Source: Acidobacteriota bacterium (GTDB lineage: Bacteria; Acidobacteriota; UBA890; WLXD01). Taken from it: a DNA stretch of 64,000 bases. The notes below the pieces were generated by a model that was not told the DNA's origin, made no database searches, and saw only the letters and a program-made list of their open reading frames with translations. The translations under genes were made by a program, and so were the position numbers. The stretch is from the NCBI GenBank assembly GCA_963666055.2, contig CAXWPH010000015.1:64001-128000 (forward strand), given 5' to 3'. Shown here piece after piece: positions 9,482 to 18,913 of this stretch; positions within the stretch are counted from its first letter, which is position 1, and every line of letters starts with the position of its first letter.

Positions 9482-10153
9482 CTAGAGAAGCCCGCGCTCT
9501 TTGAAGCTCACGAACCCCTCGGCGCCGACCACCAGGTGATCGAGCACGCGAATGCCCAGCAACTCGCCGGCCTGCAGAATCTGCCGGGTGATTCCGACGT
9601 CTTCTCGACTCGGCGTCGGATCACCTGAGGGGTGATTGTGGAACAAGACGAGCGCCGGTGCAGCCGCCAGCAGGCTCTGCCGGAATACCTCACGGGGTCG
9701 AACGACGCTGGCGCTCCATCCGCCGCGTGAAAGCACTCGCTCGCTCAGGAAGCGGTTGCGGCCATCCAGTAGCACCACTCCGAAGCATTCGGCGCGCTCG
9801 CCGCCGTAGCGCGACATCAGATGTCGTCCCAAGTCGCGCGGGCGACGTATGACCAGGCCACGCGAGGGCGCTGGAGCGGCGAGCCGACGCGCCACCTCGA
9901 AGAGGGCGGCCAGGCGCGCCGCCGACGCCACCCCCACTCCGGGCTCCGAGCGCCATTCTTGCGGCTCGCCGCGGGCGAGCTCCCGTAGTCCGCCATGACG
10001 GAGCAGCGATCGCGCCATTGCCGCCGCCGAGCGGTTGCGCTGACCGTGGCCGATCACCAGCGCCAGCAGCTCGACGTCGCTTAGCGCCCCCGCACCGAGC
10101 TGTTCGAGCCGCTCCCGTGGACGGTCTCCGGGGTCGGCGGACGCCGATGGCAC
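9482..10153 (-). CDS. radC: RadC (JAB/MPN domain) protein, full length
   Basis: RPRERL..GAGALSDVELLAL, HhH region, HNHPSGDPTPSREDV, LDHLVVG. Confidence 0.95.
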   Translation of the reverse strand: MPSASADPGDRPRERLEQLGAGALSDVELLALVIGHGQRNRSAAAMARSLLRHGGLRELARGEPQEWRSEPGVGVASAARLAALFEVARRLAAPAPSRGLVIRRPRDLGRHLMSRYGGERAECFGVVLLDGRNRFLSERVLSRGGWSASVVRPREVFRQSLLAAAPALVLFHNHPSGDPTPSREDVGITRQILQAGELLGIRVLDHLVVGAEGFVSFKERGLL

Positions 10154-10328
10154 CTTTGATAGACTTTCTCTTGCAAGCAGCTTTCCCTACCGAGCGACCT
10201 GGCAGCATTTCCGCGGCCTGTGCCGCTACCCTCCACTAGACGGGCACCATGGCCGGCAATCCGACGTACAGGCTGGCCATATCGACTTTTTCGGCCTGCC
10301 GGGCGTCCCATTCTGTGGAGAGACGAGA

Positions 10329-10946
10329 ATGGTAAGGGCCTCTGGAACCTCAATGGCAGCAGCGCCCACAGCTCCCAGTGACGAACAGCTCGTAGCCCGA
10401 TCCGTCGGCGGCGACGTAGGTGCGTTCAACGAGCTCGTTGTGCGCTGGGAGGGGCCACTGTACAAGTTCGTCTACCGTTACCTCGGCGACCCCGAGGAGG
10501 CGCGCGACATCTGCCAGGAGGCCTTCCTGCGGGCCTACTCGAACCTGAGCCGTTTTCGCAGCGAGGCGAAGTTCTCATCGTGGCTGTACCAGATCGCCCT
10601 CAACCAGTGCCGCAGTCAGTTCCGCCGCAAGCAGTCGCGGCCGACGGTGGCGCTGGACGACGACGAGAGCCAGCACCAGCTTGGGCTCGTGCAGGACTCG
10701 GCCGAGGCGCCGGATCGCGAGGCAATGGGGCGCCAGCGATCGAAAGTGCTGAGGGCGGCGATCGCGGAGTTGCCAGAAACGCAACGCGAAGTGATTATCC
10801 TGAAGCAGTATCACGGGCTGAAGTTCCGCGAGATTGCGGAAGTGCTCGGCACACCTGAAAGTACAGTGAAATCCCGGCTCTACCATGGCTTCGAATCGCT
10901 GGCCAAGAGCCTGGGACACCTGAAGACCGAGGGGTTGGAGATATGA
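10329..10946 (+). CDS. ECF sigma-70 factor
   Basis: Region 2 EARDICQEAFLRAY..FSSWLYQIALN; region 4 FREIAEVLGTPESTVKSRL. Confidence 0.93.
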   Translation: MVRASGTSMAAAPTAPSDEQLVARSVGGDVGAFNELVVRWEGPLYKFVYRYLGDPEEARDICQEAFLRAYSNLSRFRSEAKFSSWLYQIALNQCRSQFRRKQSRPTVALDDDESQHQLGLVQDSAEAPDREAMGRQRSKVLRAAIAELPETQREVIILKQYHGLKFREIAEVLGTPESTVKSRLYHGFESLAKSLGHLKTEGLEI

Positions 10947-11812
10947 GCGGCGACCGCGAAGACCTACAGGAGCTACTGGTCGAGCTCGAGTATGGGGAGC
11001 TCGATGCCACAGACCGCGCCGCAGCGCAGGCACGCATCGACGAACACCCCGAACTCGTCCGCATGCAAGCGGCCTTTCGTGCCGTGCGCGAGAACCTGTC
11101 TGCCTGGGACGAGGTGGAAGGGCAGCCGGCCCGAATCGCCTTCGTAACCATGCCAGGCGATGTTCGCCCTGGCTCCATCAACACGTTCGGCTGGATGAAG
11201 GGCGCGGCAATCGCGGCAAGCTTCGTGCTCGGCATCCTGCTGGCCGCGGCGTTTGCCAGCACGAACCTGACACGCACCGACACCGGCTGGACGCTCAGCA
11301 CCGGCCTGTCGCGCAGCGGCGTATCGGCGCCAGTCTCGCAACCGAGCGCCACAACCTCGGTGGGCACCCCCCCAGTCGGCCAGATTCCAGCCGGCCAAAC
11401 GCCCGTCGGTCAGACAGCTATAGGTCGAGTTGCCGGCGGCAGGGCTACCGGCGGCGGGGTTACAGGCGGCCAGGCGCGGCCGTTCCGCATGAGCACAAGC
11501 CAGTTCGGCATCGAGCCCATGCTGGTCGAGGTGCCCGGCGATCGCGAGCTCCAACTTCGGATCCTGGTGCGCCAGATGGTCGCTGCCGCCGAGCAGCGAC
11601 ATCAGCAGCAGACCGACTCGCTACTCACCGACCTGTACCAGACGTTCGATACCCAGCGCACCAGCGATCTGAGCGTTGTCTTCGACGAGCTCGGCTTGCT
11701 GCGTTCTTCCACCGGGCTCGAGCTGCAGCGTACGAATCAGGTCATCGACTTCCTGGTTACCCGGATTGGTAGCGACATCGAGGCACAGGTGCCCGAGCAG
11801 CGCGATGACTAA
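10943..11812 (+). CDS. Putative anti-sigma factor (single TM)
   Basis: ATGA overlap with the sigma gene; N-terminal ASD-like YGELD..; TM AAIAASFVLGILLAAAF; low-complexity linker. Confidence 0.7.
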   Translation: MSGDREDLQELLVELEYGELDATDRAAAQARIDEHPELVRMQAAFRAVRENLSAWDEVEGQPARIAFVTMPGDVRPGSINTFGWMKGAAIAASFVLGILLAAAFASTNLTRTDTGWTLSTGLSRSGVSAPVSQPSATTSVGTPPVGQIPAGQTPVGQTAIGRVAGGRATGGGVTGGQARPFRMSTSQFGIEPMLVEVPGDRELQLRILVRQMVAAAEQRHQQQTDSLLTDLYQTFDTQRTSDLSVVFDELGLLRSSTGLELQRTNQVIDFLVTRIGSDIEAQVPEQRDD

Positions 11813-12929
11813 CGCGATCACCACCAGGCACATCGGCAGGCTGGCGATCGGCGCGGCGGCAGCGCTCTTGCTCGCCGGCGGCAGCTCCTGGGCAGTGCCG
11901 AAAAATGCTGTGCCGGAAAGTGCAGCGTCGGAAGGCGCGGCGCTGGAGGGTCAGGAGTCGCAGCGCCTGCGGCAGCTCGAGGTATTCGAGGGCCTGCTCA
12001 CCGACCTGGTGCAAGAGCGCGTCTCGGCGCAGGTCAACACGACAATTGATCTGGAGCGCAGCGGCGACCCTGACGGCGATGGTGAAGCCAACGTCATCGC
12101 CCTGGAGCCGGTGGTTGTCAAGGTGGGCAGGCCGCTTGCCGCCCACGGCTTTTACCTCGACGGCTACGGCGTGATGTTCTCCATCCAGACGCCGCAGGTG
12201 GCGGTGCTGCCGCGCGCCTTAGATGCGCGGATGGCGGCCCCGATGGCCATCCTGCGCGCCAATATCGGTCCGGGCTTCGATGACTACCCCCTCGCCCCCG
12301 GCTTGATCGACATGCGCGCCGACATGCTCATGCGCTCCGTCGGCGATCTGCGCGTCCTCATGGAGCGCGACGCCCCCGCGATCGACATCGATGCCCTGCA
12401 CGAGCTATCCAGGTTCGAGGACGTGCTGGAGGAGATTCGCGATTCGCTGGCTCCCGACAGCGGAGGTACGGAGGAAGCGGCGCTCGATCGAGAGCAAGAA
12501 ACGATCGCACCGGCGCGGCGCCGGGATGGGGGAGCCTGGGCGCGCCCGCATTGGCGCGACAGCCGCGCCTACTTCCGCGGCGCCATCGAGCAACAGCGCA
12601 CCCTCAAGCAGATCCTCGAGCGCGATCATCAGCAGATCGCCAACGCCGTAAACGACGCCGCCATCGAGGCGCTGGCGCAGTTCGGCACCCTCCTGCGCGG
12701 GCTCGACTCCGACGACCAGGTGTCGATCATGGTGCTGCCGCCAAACCCCTGGATGCTGGCGCGGCGCAACGGCGTGGGCGTGGACCAGGCCGAGTACGTG
12801 ATCTCGATTCGCTACAAGGACATCCGCGACTTCGGCAACGAGAAGATCGACATGGAGAAGTTCCGCGAGCGCATCGAGATCCACAATCGGCTGGGCATCG
12901 AGCTGCCGATCGAAGCCGAGCAGCAGTAG
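11805..12929 (+). CDS. Secreted hypothetical protein, third gene of the ECF operon
   Basis: Signal peptide; overlaps the anti-sigma stop; motif AHGFYLDGYGVMF. Confidence 0.65.
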   Translation: MTNAITTRHIGRLAIGAAAALLLAGGSSWAVPKNAVPESAASEGAALEGQESQRLRQLEVFEGLLTDLVQERVSAQVNTTIDLERSGDPDGDGEANVIALEPVVVKVGRPLAAHGFYLDGYGVMFSIQTPQVAVLPRALDARMAAPMAILRANIGPGFDDYPLAPGLIDMRADMLMRSVGDLRVLMERDAPAIDIDALHELSRFEDVLEEIRDSLAPDSGGTEEAALDREQETIAPARRRDGGAWARPHWRDSRAYFRGAIEQQRTLKQILERDHQQIANAVNDAAIEALAQFGTLLRGLDSDDQVSIMVLPPNPWMLARRNGVGVDQAEYVISIRYKDIRDFGNEKIDMEKFRERIEIHNRLGIELPIEAEQQ

Positions 12930-12975
12930 CACCGACCAGCGAGCCAGGTTTCGCTAGGCCCGACCCGGCGCGGAA

Positions 12976-12984
12976 TGCTATTCT
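12976..12984 (+). promoter_or_regulatory. Possible extended -10 promoter (TGcTATTCT) for ssrA
   Basis: TGn plus TATTCT about 50 bp upstream of the mature tmRNA 5' end. Confidence 0.35.
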
Positions 12985-13032
12985 GGGAGCATCGACTTCG
13001 GATCCGGGTAGTGCCGGAACAGCCGTAGAGTC

Positions 13033-13386
13033 GGGGGCGTCAGGGTTCGACGGGAGCACTGAAGCCGAGGCTGCATGTCGAGCGTTCCACGTATGCTCGT
13101 TAATCCCACGTGGAAACCAACACAACTGCCAACACACCGGTAGCTCTAGCGGCTTAAACACCCGCTAGCGTTCCCCGACCCGGGCCTGCAAGGGTCGGAG
13201 CGAACGCCGTTCAGCAGGCTGGCCGCCCAGTTCCGTTCGGGGGCGAGGCGGCGAGACACTACCCGGACTAGCGTCGTATCAGCTGGCCCGCCGGGTCGAT
13301 ACAGCGTGAAACCTATCGGCGGGATAAGCATGTAGACGCTTCGTGTGGACGGTTTTCGGACGCGGGTTCAATTCCCGCCGCCTCCA
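13033..13386 (+). ncRNA. ssrA: tmRNA (transfer-messenger RNA)
   Basis: 5' GGGGGCG..GGTTCGAC; 3' T-arm GCGGGTTCAATTCCCGC then CGCCTCCA with G3-U70 and A73; tag ORF ANTPVALAA* at 13128-13157; CCA not encoded. Confidence 0.95.
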
Positions 13387-13426
13387 CTTCTATGTTATTG
13401 TGTCTATTGGAGTTACTGGTTACATC

Positions 13427-14524
13427 CTAGCCCGTCTCCACAATGTCTCCAAAACGAGGGCCACTTTTGGGCCCTTCGAGCAGCCTGATTGTCGCGTCTA
13501 TGGCTGCTGGGGACAGGTGCATATAACGCTGCGTCGTGGCCAGGTTGGCGTGCCCAGCGAGCACCTGGATGGCGCGCACCGGCCCACCCTGCATCGACAG
13601 ATGCGAGCAGAATGTGTGTCTGAGGATGTGCACCCCCTCATGCTGCAGGTTGGCGCGACGCGCCGCCCTGCGAACGAGGTTCTGCACCACCTTCTGGGTC
13701 AGCGGGCTTCCGCCGGTCTCGCACAGCACCCGTGCCCCACGCAGGTGACGCAGCGTCCGTAGCGCCTCCTGCAACCTGGTGGTCATCGGGACACGCCGGG
13801 GTCGACCGCTCTTGGGTGCGGTGACCTGGCCCTTCCACTCGGATCGGGCCACACGGAGCTGGCGCTTGCTGAAGTCGACATCCGTCCACTCCAGCGCCAT
13901 CATCTCCCCGCACCGCAGGCCGGCCTCTCCCCCGAGCAACACGATGGCGTGGGCACGCCGGTCAGTTGCCCGAGCCGCCTCGACAAGACGTTCGTACTCG
14001 TCGAAGTCGTGGAACGCCGCTTCCGTCGGTGTCACCGGAAGCAGCCGTACCGTGCACGGCATCGTGTCGATCACGTCCCATTCCACAGCGCATTTCAGCA
14101 GCCGGCTCAGGACCGACAGCACGTTGTTGACCGTCTTGACGGCCCTGGTGCTGAGGCGTTGCTTGAGCCGCTGCACATCTTCGTTGCCGATGGCGTCGAG
14201 CCTGCGCTGCCCAAGCGTCGGAATCAGGTGGATTCGCAGGATCGAATCCTGCGCCGCCTGAGTACTCGGCTTGAGCCGGTTGGCTCGAACGTGGCCATCC
14301 ATGTACCTGGGAGCGAAATGCACCAGTGTCGGCACCTCCTTTGATGGTCTCGGTGGTCCATTGGCCAATAGCTGCCGCTCACGCGCCTGCCCCCAGCGCC
14401 GGGCACCGGATTTCGCGGCGACGGGAGACTTCCTTCGCTCCCGTATTTCCCGGCCATCGTCCATCCGAATGCGGATGTCCACCTCCCAGCCGCCACGTCG
14501 ATAGGGTCGAATCGTTACACTCAT
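13427..14524 (-). CDS. Tyrosine recombinase / integrase
   Basis: Catalytic residues GLRCGE, APK, HILRH, LAGH, TQRY; N-terminal arm-binding-like and SAM-like regions; start overlaps the xis stop. Confidence 0.95.
   Translation of the reverse strand: MSVTIRPYRRGGWEVDIRIRMDDGREIRERRKSPVAAKSGARRWGQARERQLLANGPPRPSKEVPTLVHFAPRYMDGHVRANRLKPSTQAAQDSILRIHLIPTLGQRRLDAIGNEDVQRLKQRLSTRAVKTVNNVLSVLSRLLKCAVEWDVIDTMPCTVRLLPVTPTEAAFHDFDEYERLVEAARATDRRAHAIVLLGGEAGLRCGEMMALEWTDVDFSKRQLRVARSEWKGQVTAPKSGRPRRVPMTTRLQEALRTLRHLRGARVLCETGGSPLTQKVVQNLVRRAARRANLQHEGVHILRHTFCSHLSMQGGPVRAIQVLAGHANLATTQRYMHLSPAAIDATIRLLEGPKSGPRFGDIVETG
13433..13454. repeat. Tandem 11-bp repeats, putative integrase arm-type sites (left)
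   Basis: cgtctccacaa tgtctccaaaa; same motif as 21161-21182. Confidence 0.7.
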
Positions 14525-14805
14525 CAACGCTCCTTTCGCGCTGATGGCGCACGGCTTTCATCGAGCGAGCGTAGCAGGTCTTCGGACCGGACAAGTAAGC
14601 GGCGGCCGATCCGGGTTACGCCGACGAGTTGGCCTCTGCTGGCCATTGCGTAGATCGCCCCTCGGGTGGTGCGGAGAATCTCGGCTACCTCATCGGCGGT
14701 CAGGAGGATCGGGAGTCTGTCACCTGTCGGACCGATCGGTGATCCTTGTTTGGGTTTGACCGAACGGCGGCGGTCGCGAAGTCCTTGAAGTACGCGGTCT
14801 GCCAT
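14524..14805 (-). CDS. Excisionase-like helix-turn-helix (HTH_17) protein; start uncertain
   Basis: LLTADEVAEILRTTRGAIYAMASRGQL..RIGRRLLVRSEDL; translationally coupled to the integrase. Confidence 0.85.
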   Translation of the reverse strand: MADRVLQGLRDRRRSVKPKQGSPIGPTGDRLPILLTADEVAEILRTTRGAIYAMASRGQLVGVTRIGRRLLVRSEDLLRSLDESRAPSARKER

Positions 14806-15110
14806 TTCTCTCACGCGCGCTTTGTCTTCTGGACTGCGGTCGAGCCAAGTGACTTCCGAGCGGCTTGAGCGACCGCCGCCGAAGACACACCCCACCGATT
14901 GCGAACCGCTCGGACTTGTTCGAATTGCATGTCACCTCGCGCGAGTAATCGCTACCGCTGATGCCACTGACGGCTACTACACACCATCGAGGCACACGCC
15001 TGCTGAAGTTATTCATGCCAAGAAAAGCCCACAAATCCTTGTTATTCAATTACTTGAGCCATTCGGAGGGTTCACAACAAGGACAGAATGGACTGCGGAA
15101 ACCCGCTGTC

Positions 15111-15977
15111 TTAGGCGCGAGTCCGCTTGTTTGACCTTCGGAACGCCTTTGCGCACGCTTCGTCGCAGAACCGTCGCCTCGCACGCACGAGCCCGCTCGT
15201 CTCCAGTCGCTCGCCAACGAGAATCGGCGTCCCACACCAAGGGCAGAACCGCCTGTCTCTGCTGATTGTCTTCAAGGCGTTCGAGAAAGGAATTCCACGG
15301 AGCTCTGACTGGATCTGGGCCCGGTCGTTCCACCTGATTCGCATCTCGGACACGCGGTAGAGCTTTAACCGTCGATACTCAGGCAGTGGTTCGGCTGAGC
15401 CGTCCTCCGGGGTGATGTCGGTGTCCGGGGTTACATAGACAGGAATCGATTCGCCGATAATCGGATCGTAAGAATCGAAACGTCGCCACACGCGCCCCTT
15501 GTGCCTCTTGCCGGTCTCGGGGCTTGTCGTTCGTTTGCGATGCATCACACGGAGCGGTGACTCTGTGCGTCGCCTGGCAGCGGCAGCTCGCCGAGCGCGA
15601 ACCTGCCGACCAATCTGATTGATTCGCGCAAGCTCCCGGGATACTGATGGTTGAGACAGGACAAGTTCACTTGCAAGGGACTGTTGCGAAGGTGTCTTCG
15701 ATGGCGGCCGACATTCCACAACGAGCTGGGCCACTCTCCGCTGTCGCTCTGTGAGGCGATACTCCCCATAGAGTCGCAGCCGTTCCGATGCCGCTCGGCG
15801 CTCGCTACCCACTTCTGGATAGCTCCAATCGCGAAGACGCTCATCAGCCTCGAGTGCCGCACGAGCCTCACGCCAGGCGGCTCTCTCAGCCGCGTGTTCG
15901 CGCTGGAAGTGGCCGTCCAAGCTGTGGAAGTCCGCGAACACTTGGCCACAGTCGTGACACACATGCTGTGGTTCCAC
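15111..15977 (-). CDS. Hypothetical nucleic-acid-binding protein: C2H2 zinc finger + HTH + C-terminal C4 zinc finger
   Basis: CHDCGQVFADFHSLDGHFQREH; SQQSLASELVLSQPSVSREL; CPWC...RRRFCDEAC. Confidence 0.7.
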   Translation of the reverse strand: MEPQHVCHDCGQVFADFHSLDGHFQREHAAERAAWREARAALEADERLRDWSYPEVGSERRAASERLRLYGEYRLTERQRRVAQLVVECRPPSKTPSQQSLASELVLSQPSVSRELARINQIGRQVRARRAAAARRRTESPLRVMHRKRTTSPETGKRHKGRVWRRFDSYDPIIGESIPVYVTPDTDITPEDGSAEPLPEYRRLKLYRVSEMRIRWNDRAQIQSELRGIPFSNALKTISRDRRFCPWCGTPILVGERLETSGLVRARRRFCDEACAKAFRRSNKRTRA

Positions 15978-16042
15978 TTAGAGTCACTCCACGAAGGTGC
16001 CTACTATCCGAACAAACGCACTGTACGCCAGCAGGGTGGGCG

Positions 16043-16066
16043 TGACCTGCCCCCCTTTTCTGGTCC
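16043..16066. repeat. Orphan IS3-family terminal inverted repeat
   Basis: tgacctgccccccttttctggtcc resembles the adjacent IS end tgacctgaccccccaaaacggatcc. Confidence 0.55.
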
Positions 16067-17326
16067 TGACCTGACCCCCCAAAACGGATCCAGAGGTAAT
16101 CTCACGATCTGGGTCGAAAAGGGGAGGTCAGAATGCCGACGAAGAGGCACAGCGCCGAGCAGATCGTACGCAAGCTCCGGGAGGCTGAAGTGGAGCTGGC
16201 GCAAGGCGGGACGGTCAAGGATGCCTGCCGCAAGCTAGCGATCACCGAGCACACCTACTATCGGTGGCGGCGGGAGTAGGGGGGGCTGAAGGTCAACCAG
16301 GCCAGAAGGCTCAAGCAGCTGGAGAAAGAAAACGCCCGGCTCAAGAAACTGGTGGCGGAGAAAGAGCTCGACCTGTCGATCCTGAAGGAAGTCGCGGAGG
16401 GAAACTTCTGAGCCCAGCTCGACGGCGCGAGGCGGTGGCGCATGTACGGGGGCGGCTGGGCGTCTCCGAGAGGCGGGCGTGCCGGGTACTGAAACAACCA
16501 CGCACGACACACAGGTACATGCCAACAGAACCGGGCGATGAGCAGATGTTGACGGAGCGGATCGTGGATCTAGCCCGACAATACGGGCGCTACGGGTATC
16601 GGCGAGTGACGGCGTTGTTGCGTATGGAGGGCTGGTGGGTGAACCACAAACGAGTGCAGCGTATCTGGAGGCGTGAGGGGCTGAAAGTACCGACAAAGCA
16701 GCCCAAACGAGCCCGGCTGTGGCTCAGCGATGGCTCGTGCATCCGGCTGCGACCACAGCGCAAAGATCACGTCTGGGCGTATGACTTCGTCCATCACCGG
16801 ACGCACGAGGGTCGGGCTATGAGGCTGCTGACGATCGTCGATGAGTACACACGAGAAAGCCTGGCGATCGACGTGGCACGGAAGCTCAACTGTGAGGACG
16901 TGCTCGAGCGGCTCGGGTGGTTGTTCGTGCACCGGGGCATACCTGAGCACATCCGGTCCGATAACGGACCGGAGTTCACCGCCGAGGCGGTTCGCGACTG
17001 GCTCGGTAGGCTCGGTGTGGGCACGCTGTTCATCGAGCCGGGCTCGCCGTGGGAGAACGGCTACGTGGAGAGCTTCAACGGCAAGCTCCGAGACGAGCTG
17101 CTCAACGGCGAGATCTTCTACACGCTCAAGGAGGCAAAGGTTCTGATCGAGAGATGGAGGCAGCAGTACAACCGCATGCGACCGCACAGCTCGTTGGGCT
17201 ACCGACCACCGGCCCCGGAGGCGCTGTTGTTGAAGCCGGCTACGCTCCGCTTCGCCGGCCTCAACAACCCCTTGTCAGCACCGAGTTACTGAGATAAGAC
17301 GTGGTACTAACCGTGGGGTCAGGTCA
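16067..17326 (+). mobile_element. IS3-family (IS407-group-like) insertion sequence
   Basis: Ends TGACCTGACCCC (16067) and GGGGTCAGGTCA (17326); orfA/orfB with G GGA AAC -1 slip site near 16399; no clear target duplication. Confidence 0.9.
16133..17292 (+). pseudogene. IS3-family transposase orfAB with nonsense mutation in orfA
   Basis: orfA 16133-16411 has an in-frame TAG at 16277 where EYGGLK is expected; orfB is intact with DDE motifs (WAYDF, RSDNG, VESFNG). Confidence 0.85.
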
Positions 17327-17479
17327 CCCTCGAGCAATCCCGAACAGCGTCCACGCCAAGATCTGATTGTCATCGATGTCACCCGTGTGGTCGTCGAAGT
17401 GACACCTGTGGCTAAGTTTCCACGGGGCGCGAGCTCGACTGGCGATGTCGATGTGACCTTGCCCCGCTTTCCCGGACAC

Positions 17480-18764
17480 TTAGTTAAGATCCATTGTCGT
17501 AGTCGTATTAGCGGCTGTGGGAGCTGTTGGCAACGCGGAGCGTTGTCCAAGCGACGGTGGAAATCGGGAGTCGATTTCCACGGGCGCGTCAGCTTCCACA
17601 GCTGATTGGCCGCTCTGGCCTGGCCGCCGCATTGCCGCCTCCAACTGAGCCGGACTCTGGTCTCCGATCGAGGTGTGCATGCGAGCCCGGTTGTAGAACA
17701 CTTCGATGTAGTGGAACAACTCGGCTCGGGCCGCCGCCCGGGAACTGAAGCAGCCACCGAGTTCGAACTTCAGGGTAGAGAAGAAACTCTCCATCGGCGC
17801 GTTATCCCAGCAGTCTCCTTTCCTGCTCATGCTGATGGTGAAGCCACGGTCACGCAGCTTGTCTAGGTAATCGTCGCTGCTGTACTGGCTGCCGCGGTCG
17901 CTGTGATGGAGCACTCCGGAACCGGGACGGCGTTGCTCCAAGGACTGATCCAGGACCGCCAGCGTCAAATCGTCCGTCATCGTCTCGCTCACCGCCCAGC
18001 CGATGATCCGTCGCGAGCACAGATCCATCAGCACGGCCAGGTATAGCCATCCTTCCTGCGTCCACAGGTATGTCAGGTCGCCCACCCAGACGCTGTCCAC
18101 GGCATCCACCGTGAAGCGCCGTGCCAGCACGTTGGGCGCCGCTGACCGCCCAGGTGTGGGCCGTGTTGTCACCCGGAACCGACGGGGTTGGCGAGCTCGA
18201 AGTCCTTCCTGGCGCATCAGCCGAGCTACCCGCTTGCGAGAGCAGCGGATCCCTCGTTGCCGAAGTTGCTTGTGGATGCGCGGACTTCCGTAACGGTCGC
18301 GGCTCTCTCGGAATGCAGCTCTGATCTGCACACGTAGACGGCGATCTTCTCGCGCTCTCGGGCTCGGCCCCCTTCCTCGCCACTCGTAGTAACCGCCGTG
18401 AGACACCTCGAGCATCTTGCACAACCGCCGCACCGGGAACTTGCCGGACAGTTGCTTGATGATCGGGTACTTCATCGCGGGCGTTCCGAGAAGATCGCCA
18501 ACGCTTTTTTAGAATGTCGCGCTCCTGCCGTACTCGCCGCAGGTCCCGCCGTAGCTGTTGCCCGTCCAGGTCCTGGTCGGGCATCTTCCCCGCGCCCGGA
18601 AACGCCGTGACCCCCTGCTCCTGGAGCTGTTTGCGCCACTTGGTCAACATGCCGCGGCCAACACCCAGATCCCGGGCCACCTCAGACACCGGATGGCCCA
18701 GCTGCGTCACCATCCTCACTGCCTCAATCTTGAACTCGCGACTGTACCGCCGTCGTGACCCCAT
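17480..18764 (-). pseudogene. IS3-family transposase orfAB, orfA apparently frameshifted at the A-run
   Basis: orfA RRYSREFKIEAV..ERDILKK; the A6G at 18504-18510 needs one more A to read KKALAIFSERPR* and couple to orfB (WVGDLTY, HHSDRGSQY, MESFF). Confidence 0.75.
17514..17602. repeat. Structured palindromic element inside the IS 3' end
   Basis: Outer IR gctgtgggagctg/cagcttccacagc enclosing two hairpins (ttggcaacgc..gcgttgtccaa; gtggaaatcg..cgatttccac). Confidence 0.7.
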
Positions 18765-18913
18765 GCTTCACCTCCGAGCCCATTATCGGGCTTCCAAAGG
18801 TGTCCGGGAAATCGGGGAGGCCCACCTTAGGGGCCGGTGGGCTTGAGCTCGGGGGTTATGATGGATGGCTCTTTCGCGACGACGACGCAGGTCCGTGAAC
18901 TTCAGGAGAGCCC

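Larger units (their letters stand above)
17454..18824 (-). mobile_element. IS3-family insertion sequence (second, different element)
   Basis: Imperfect IRs tgaccttgccccgctttcccggacac / gtgtccgggaaatcggggaggccca; orfA from 18764; orfB 17480-18475. Confidence 0.9.

Noticed and set aside
9482-10153. radC as a mobile-element or anti-restriction marker
   Set aside because: It is the full-length chromosomal type with an N-terminal HhH region and lies outside the att repeats
16277-16279. In-frame TAG as stop-codon recoding (pyrrolysine or alternative code)
   Set aside because: TAG ends many ordinary genes in this window (gatC, tatD, radC); a point mutation from a Tyr codon is simpler
17850-18764. 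304-aa ORF as a real protein
   Set aside because: It is IS orfA running into a shadow frame after the shortened A-run
16067-18824. Composite transposon formed by the two IS3 elements
   Set aside because: The elements differ in IRs and transposases, enclose only 127 bp and share no flanking target duplication
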